From Felis catus (taxonomy: Eukaryota), in contig NC_058368.1 in the NCBI RefSeq assembly GCF_018350175.1, positions 66,528,001-66,592,000 on the forward strand: a stretch of DNA of 64,000 bases, read 5' to 3'. The position numbers were made by a program, and so were the translations under genes. The notes below the pieces were generated by a model that did not search any database, was not told the origin of the DNA, and saw only the letters and a list, made by a program, of their open reading frames with translations. Positions 55,911-64,000 of this stretch are shown one piece after another; the first letter of the stretch is position 1, and each line of letters opens with the position of its first letter.

Positions 55911-57213
55911 GACTCTAATGCATCTTTCGAGATCCTTCCCTCAAGGAAGCAGGGTTTGCTCACCCCTGACTCAAACTGGTTGTAGACACTAAGGCACTGT
56001 ACTTACGCGTTCATCGAAGCCCCAGAACTTAGATTTACTGGGTTTAGTTTTTGTTTTTAAGATCAATTTGCTCTAACCTCCTTGAAGCAGAGAAGTGTGG
56101 GAAACCAAATAAAACACCTGCTAATCTGGTGGTCACAATTGCTAGGTCAAATCGCCTAAAGTAGGAGATTGACTCTGGACCAGGAGGCCCGGAATTAACT
56201 TGACAGAAATGCTTGTAAGGGGGTCCTGGGAGCTTCATAATTTGTATCCTGTCTGGACCTTCTGAAATGAGAAGTGCATTTGATTCGTACTTTCTGGTCT
56301 CCCTCAAAAATCAATAATTCTTGAATGAATGAATTTGCAGTTCATTCTAATTTTTGCTTTATTTGCACTCTCGAAATTTAAGTGATTTTCTTGGTATGTA
56401 CTCTTGCTACTCTATTTGACTAGTACTATATTGCAAATAATTATTTGCCTTGATGAGGTTGGGATCCTTGATTAATGTGGCTTTTAGCATGAAAAGACGC
56501 AATGTCAGACTGTGGTCCTAGAGAGGATTCTTAGGAGAAGATAATAGGAGCAAGAAGCTATTTTGTGTAGGGAATTTAAAGTATTGGGAAGGTACAGAAT
56601 TGGTGATGTAAAGGAAGAGGAACCTGAATTTTTTTTTTTTTTATCTCAAAGTGTTTAAAACAACTGAGAAAAGAAAAGCAACCCAGTTTTCCAAAATCCA
56701 GTGTGGCACAGATCTTGGGTGAAGAAGAAACTCTAGAAACGGTTTTGTTATTATATTTTAGGTCACATTTTTAGTTTTTTTAATCAACTGGCTGTAACTG
56801 TACTTTGAATATTGACAGTGATAGTAAAGACATTACAATAAACGGCACAACCTGGACAGTGCTGGAAAATCTGGGCTATATGGAAGCTACAACCTGGATT
56901 ATCACTCAAGACTAGCAGAGGATTTAGATGGCCAGGATATTTCATGATGCTATTTCATGAATATCATCATGATATTCCATAAACATGGAGGAGAAACATA
57001 CGTTGGGAATCCAGGTGTTTTAAGGAAGATTGAGGAATTGAGTGTTCAAGTATATTCACACACACACTCTCATTGTGTGTATTTATTACCAATTTTCAGT
57101 GAATTTGAATTCAGTAGAATAATATTACTAAATTACACTGAAATAATAAACTCTAACTCAGTGCAATTTAAGATGGTAAGCCTTTGAGTCACTCTTAAAA
57201 TTATTGATAACTT

Positions 57214-57436
57214 GGGGGAACCTGGGTGGCTCAGTCGGTTAAGCGTCTGACTCTTGGTTTTGGCTCAGGTCATGATCTCACAGTTTGAGGGTTCGAGCCT
57301 TGCTTTGGGCTCTGCACTGACAGTGCAGAGCCTGCTTGGGATTCTCTCTCTTGCCCTCCCTCTCTGCCCTCCCCTGGTCTCACTCTCTCTCTCCCTCCCT
57401 CAAAATAAATAAACAAAAAAATTAAAAATAAAATAA
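57214..57436 (+). mobile_element. Can-SINE in GPR180 intron 1
   Basis: ggggaacctgggtggctcagtcggttaagcgtc head and A-rich tail. Confidence 0.92.
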
Positions 57437-58226
57437 AATTTTTGATAATTTGTAATGTGATCAATTTATGTAGGAGACTTGGACATTCTTTGATACATAC
57501 TGTACGTTTAAATTTATTTAAAATGTTTAATTAGAGTAAAATTATAATAAAGTGATGACAGCAACACAAGAATATATCTTAGAGTGAAATAAGTCTCCAG
57601 CTTTTCTTCTCACCTAGAGGCAACTACTTTTTACCATTTCTGTTAGGGCCTTAAATGTAGTTAGTGTGTGCAACCAGGCTCATTCTGTAGTGTCTTACAG
57701 TATCTATTGTTCTGGAAGTTCTTTTGTAAAAGTCACAGATGTCACATTTTTCACATGGTCTAAAATGTCTACCCCCAAACTAATTTATTTAAACTTTCTT
57801 GCTATTAGCTATGCTTATTTTTTACATTAAAAGTATAGCTAAATATTAACATACATGTTACTTTAGAAAACAAGACCAACTTTGGTGGGAAATTGCTGTA
57901 GATGGTTTATAAACAAAGATTAAAGCCATGTGGAGTGGTTCTAAAAATGAGGCAAAAATTCTGTGACAGTGAATGTCCAGATATAGTGAAATGTCATCAG
58001 TTTTCCTCAGAAGTAGATGGAGACACCACAGGTTAAGTTTGGATAATTAATATGAATAGTCTCTTGACTTGCCTCTGAATGGGCTGTTCATTCTCATGTG
58101 ATCTACCTCGCTAAGTGAGATTTAAGAAAAATTCTTTAAATTCCTGTTTTGATAAATACAGATGTTGAATTGTCTTGTCATTTCAGTTCCATACAAGACC
58201 AAACTCGTTGATAATTTTTGTTTTAA

Positions 58227-58433
<207 letters not shown>

Positions 58434-60662
58434 TGACTCCTGAATGTTGAAGTCTGTTGTTTATATACCAAGATGTTTCATGACACATCATGCTTTGATG
58501 ACATTTTGTCTAGTACATTTTAAGCTGAAGTTTAAGGAAACCGACTTTTTCCTTGATCACGGGGTAGAATGTCTTTTCCCTCCCTTTATCATTAAAAATT
58601 TTTTTTAAATATCTAGCTAATTTATAAAGGCATACTTTCATTCATTTGGACTTCTTACAAGTCACATAATTCACACCAGTATGGCAAATATATTTTGACC
58701 CAGTGGCAGCATGGGTCAAATGAATGATAGCATTTGTTGAACGCTTATTATCTGCTAGCACTGAGCAAAGCACTAAACATATATTATCTCAGTTAATTGT
58801 ATAATTTAGCCCAAGTGATGCTGTTTTGCAACATGTTACTAGAACATGGGACCTAATCATGTGGTGACACAGTATGTCATCTTGGGATGTACAAGCACCA
58901 CATCATTTGTAAACTTCTAGATTTGCCTCTAGAGAAGCTCTGCTTTTATTATCTTAGTTGCCTGTATCCTGGAGCCCTTCCATTCTCATCAAGACTATCC
59001 CATGTATTAGAGTGCACTATCCAGAATTAGTGCAACTCTTTTTAATTTCTGTATAAATGAAGGGCATATACCATGCTACCCATGTTACCCGCTGGAAGCT
59101 AATTGGTTGTAGAAGACATGAGAAATGTGAAACTTCCATTAGAAGAAATAGGAATTATCCCTCTCCTCTCTCCCCTCTCCCTTCTGTAGGGAAACAGAAT
59201 TATCCTTCTGTTTCCCCTACTGTCTTCTGCATATCAGTGAGTCTCTGAATCTTCTTTTAATTAGTCAAGTAAAACATTGCCATTTCTAAACTTTCAGCCT
59301 TCCTAGTCTTAGCAGCTCTCTTAGGTCCCTCATAAGGTAGCTAGCTACAGTAGGATTAAGAGTAGAAGACCCCAGTCCTTGCCACCTCGTGTGGGGATCT
59401 CTTATTTAGATTTATGAGATGACATTAACAGTATGTTGAAGAAGTCTCAAATGACTGGATTCAGATATCAAAGAGACAGTTATATAAACTTATTTACCTC
59501 TCCCTTGAATTTTAGAACTAACCTGGGAAATTTGTGCAAATGCTCATTATCAGTTATCTTTTCCTTTCTATACCAATTTGGTCATCTGAATGTTCCACAT
59601 ATGTATAAAAAGTTCTGGCCTTCCATTCCTACTCCTTATAATGTCCCAAACCAATTCATCCTCTTGCCCATCTAGACCTCACCGTCTTCCAGTGTTCCCT
59701 GTTTCAGGAACCAACACCACCGTCTATCCAGTAAGCAAGCTAGAAATCAAGGAGTCTTCCAACACTCCATCTTTGACCTCTCCATCTCCTTCCAGTCTAT
59801 CAGTGAGTGAACTCTAAATCTCTCTTGAATTCATCTACTTTTCTTCATCTCTGCCTCCACCACGTTATTCCAGTCTGCCATAATTTCTTGCCTATTGCAG
59901 TAGTCTCCCATGTGGCCACTGCTGCCGTGCTGGTGCCCCCCGGAACCAGAGTGATCTTTCTGAACAGAGATCACGTCACATTCACTTCTTACCACACTCA
60001 TAAATCTGTCTTTTTCTACTGCTCTTAGGACAAAGACATGCCTCCTTAACCTGATTAGCAAAGCCAGCATAGTCTGGCCAGTGTTTGCCCCCCAGTTCCG
60101 TCTCACAGCATTGTCCCCTCCTGCCTCATTTTATCTGTGGGCTTGTTCTATTTCAGTGCTACTCTGGGCCTTTGCACAGGCTTTTCCTCTCTTGTCCTTC
60201 CTTCCCTTTTTGGCTCCTTCCTACACTAAGTTAACATGTGAGTTTTTATAGCTTGTTTTCCTCCACAGCACATATTATAGTTACCGCTTTTCATTTTATT
60301 TATTTGTTATAAAATCAGCGAGAGAAGCAAAGCTCTTCTGGTCTACCCATTCATTCATGCATACACTGGGCACTTTCATGCTTCATGTACTAGGCAAGGC
60401 ACTTAGGATAAATCAGGGACTAAAATACACTCTCTTTGTCTTTATGGCTAGTGGGGGTCACAGGAATGAATCTGATCAATGTGAATAAATATGAAATTGC
60501 AATTGTGGTAAGTACTATGGATGCTAGTCACATGGTGTTAGGAGAATGAAAACATGTCTTTGTAGCTTTTACTAAGTATTTGTAGGATGAATCGTCATAG
60601 AGCTTAGGGCTTGAAGGGCTTTGGGTTTTGGTTTTTTGGTTTGTTTTAAAGTTTATTTATTT

Positions 60663-61037
60663 AGGGGCATCTGGGTGGCTCAGTCTTTTGGGTATCCGAC
60701 TTCGGCTCAGGTCACGATCTTACAGTTTGTAGGTTCGGGCCCCACATCGGGTTCTGTCCTGACAGCTCAGACCTGGAGCCTGCTTCAGATTCTGTGTTTC
60801 CCTCTCTTTGCTCCTCCCCACTCATGCTCTGTCAAAATAAATAAACTTAAAAAAAATTTTTTTTTAACATTTATTTATTTTTGAGAGAGAGGGTGCGTGA
60901 GAAAGGGACAAAGAGGGAGAGAGAGAATCCCAAACAGGCTCCACCCTGACATGGGGCTTGATTTCACCACTGTGAGATCATGACCTGAGCCAGTATCAAG
61001 GGTCAGATGCTTAACCAACTGAGGCCCCCAGGCCCCC
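60663..61037. mobile_element. Tail-to-tail Can-SINE pair in GPR180 intron 2
   Basis: + copy about 60663-60857; - copy about 60858-61037; tails abut as aaaaaaaaa/tttttttt. Confidence 0.9.
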
Positions 61038-61049
61038 CTTTTTTTGTTT

Positions 61050-62560
61050 TTATTTTAATTCAGTGTAGTTAACATAGTGTTATATTAGTTTCAGGTGTAT
61101 AATATAGTGAATCAACAATTCTATACACTACTCAGTACTGATCATAATAAATGTTCTCTTAATCCCTTTTACCTATTTCACCCGTCCCCCCACTTTCCTC
61201 CCCTGTTTGTTCTCTGTAGATAAGAGTCTTTTTTTCTTTTTTTGTCTCTTTTTCTTTGTTAGTTTGTTTTGTTTCTTAAATTCCACATATGAGAAAAATC
61301 AGATGGTATTTATCTTTCTCCTGACTGACTTATTTCACTTAGCAGTAACTCTCTAGATCCATCCATATTGTTGCAAATGGCAAGATTTTATTTTTTTTCA
61401 TGGTTGAGTATTCATTGTATGTCTATACCGCATCTTCCTCATCCATTCATCTATCAATGGACAGTTGGGCTGCTTCCATAATTTGGCTATTGTAAATAAT
61501 GCTGCAGTAAACGTAGGGGTGTGTATATCTTTTCAAAGTAATGTTTTCATATTCTTTGAGTAAATACCCAGTAGTGCAATTACTGTATCATATGGCAGTT
61601 CTGTTTTTAATTTTTTGAGGAACCTCCATTCTGCATATAGTGACTACACCAGTTTCCATTTCCAACAACAGTGCATGAGGGTTCCTTTTTCTCCACATCC
61701 TCGCCAACACTTGCTATTTCTTACATTTTTTTTAAACCATTCAGGGAGGTGTGAGATGATATCTCATTATGGTTTTGATTTGTATTCCCCTGATGATGAG
61801 TGATGTTGAGCATCTTTTCATGTGTCTGTTGGCCATCTGGATGTCTTCCTTGGAGAAATATTTATTTGTGTCTTCTGCCTATTTCTTTTTTTTTTTTTTT
61901 AATTTTTTTTTTTCAACGTTTATTTTTTTGGGACAGAGAGAGACAGAGCATGAACGGGGGAGGGGCAGAGAGAGAGGGAGACACAGAATCGGAAACAGGC
62001 TCCAGGCTCTGAGCCATCAGCCCAGAGCCTGACGCGGGGCTCGAACTCACGGACCACGAGATTGTGACCTGGCTGAAGTCGGACGCTTAACCGACTGCGC
62101 CACCCAGGCGCCCCTCTTCTGCCTATTTCTAAATTGGATTGTGGTTTTTTGGTATTGAGTTATATTATGTATTTTAAGTTGTTTATGTATTTTGGATACT
62201 AATCCTCCATCAGATATGTCATTTGCAAATATCTTCTATTTAGTAGGTTGTCTTTGTGTTTTGTTGATTGTTTCCTTTGCTGTGCAGAAGCTTCTTATTT
62301 TGATGTAGTTCCAATAGTTTATTTTTTCTTTTGTTTCCCTTGCCTCAGAAGACATATCTAGAAAAAATGTTGCTTCGGCCAGTGTCAGAAAAATTACTAC
62401 CTGTGATCTCAAAAATTTTTATGGTTTCAGGTCTTCAGGACCCACATTTAGGTCTTTAATCCATTTTGACTTTTATTTTTGTGTCTGGTGTAAGAAAGTG
62501 GTCCAGTTTCATTCCTTTGTATGTAGCTGTCCAGGTTTCCCAACACCATTTGTTGAAGAT
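61050..62560 (-). mobile_element. Carnivore L1 3' fragment (ORF2 end and 3' UTR), antisense in GPR180 intron 2
   Basis: tccatccatattgttgcaaatggcaagattt; gatgttgagcatcttttcatgtgtctgttggccatc; tttcctttgctgtgcagaagct. Confidence 0.93.
61887..62114 (-). mobile_element. Young feline SINEC nested in L1 with 16-bp TSD tcttctgcctatttct
   Basis: TSD at 61871-61886 and 62115-62130. Confidence 0.96.
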
Positions 62561-63149
62561 ATTGAGGGTTTTTTTCTGGTTGGTAGGCTGATTGCTTTGT
62601 ATTTGGTACCTCAAAGTCTTTTTCTCTCTCCAGTAAAAACTTATGAGGCCATTTAAAGCTTTGACTTCTAGGAATTGATTTGGTTTTTTTATATTACCTT
62701 GTTAATATTATACCATACCCTGTATACATTTGCAAAAACATAATTTTTATATCAGTCATATACCTTCAGTCCCAGAACTTATGGGTACAAGGAGGCAGTA
62801 CGGTGTGATGGAAAGGCTGCTAAACTGAGAACCATGGCTTGTTTTCTTTGAGCCTCACTTTACCTATCTGTACATCAGGAAAGTTGGGTTAGTTTTTGCT
62901 AAGGTTCCCCAAAGTCCTAACCTGATGTAATTCTAAATATAACTCTTCAGGATGGAGTTGAATCTATATAGGGCTATAACTTATGTAAAATCTCTAGCAG
63001 ATGTTTCTTAGACTATTTTTCCTTCTTTTCTGTTCTTCTGTTGAGTGCAAGGTTATTATTGGAATGGAAGATCTCAGGTAATAAGAATTTGTGGGGAATG
63101 ATGATTGTTTTGTTAAATTTGGGGACCTGAAATAAATTAAGTACTGGTA

Positions 63150-63152
63150 ATA

Positions 63153-63195
<43 letters not shown>
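63150..63195. repeat. (TA)n microsatellite
   Basis: Read directly, one CA interruption. Confidence 0.93.
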
Positions 63196-64000
63196 TGCTT
63201 TTTACAAATCTAACCAATTCTTTTCCCAATACCAAAAGCCAAGTCTTAAGAAAATCTATATTCTCTACCTTTTACATATTAGTGGTCATAATTATATTAT
63301 GTTATTATTTAGAGGCTTTGGTGCATCGAAACACAAAACATATCCTTAAATGCATGACAGTGTAGTAGTACCACATATTTTTAAGTAATTTCTTGTAGAA
63401 ATATTCTCATTTCCTGGCCATTAATGAGACTTTGAGGATTGAATAGCCTTTTACCTACTTGGTGATGTGTTCCTTAACTGTTTCTAACTCCTTTGAAAAA
63501 CCTTGTGACTGTGAACTATGAAAAGACTAGCAGATTTGAAAAATCCTGTAGTGTCAGATGTTGCTTGTGAGTATATATATTCCCCCAAATTAATGTTTGA
63601 GAAATTATTTTTCTGTCTTCCTTTTTCCTCTTTCAGTAATGTTATAAAACATCAAATTTTAAAACAATGGTAAAAACTATTTTGTAGGTTTTTAAAGCAA
63701 GCGAAGGAGACATTTAAAAGCACTGAAAATTACAACTGTATGTAAAAAACATTTAACAAGGAGGTTTGGGGTAATTTGCCGTCATATTACAAGAGCTAAA
63801 TATTTTGCATATAAAACATTTTCAGTATTATCTTTTTACATCATATGCATAAGATTTCCCTTTGTACAATTGACTTGTTTTATAAATCATTTAAAGATAT
63901 TAGCATTTTATTATTTTGTGTATTTTTGTTAACAGTATTCATTTTCTTTAATAACATGATTCGGCAACTAGCCATTTAACGTTATTGTCTGCAATTCAAG

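Overview
Mammalian (felid, most likely cat) genomic DNA: dense Can-SINEs with feline SINEC_Fc-type sequence, plus L1, L2, MIR, MLT1, MER and ERV fragments. The window holds (i) a perfect tRNA-Phe(GAA) gene on the minus strand inside a CpG island (12733-12805), (ii) the complete 12-exon TGDS gene on the minus strand (CDS 51836->36266, 1068 nt, 355 aa, all GT-AG introns, phases consistent), and (iii) coding exons 1-2 of GPR180 on the plus strand, divergent from TGDS. This matches the conserved DCT-tRNA-Phe-TGDS-GPR180 order recalled for human 13q32; no DCT coding exon is visible here. Most listed ORFs are spurious repeat or GC-rich frames. I found no convincing new multi-gene system. The best leads are a tandem splice donor in TGDS exon 1 that creates an immediate stop, an orphan Pol II promoter abutting the tRNA gene, a minisatellite born inside a SINE, a decayed ERVL provirus, and inverted SINE pairs. 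Repeat boundaries and family names were read by eye and are approximate.
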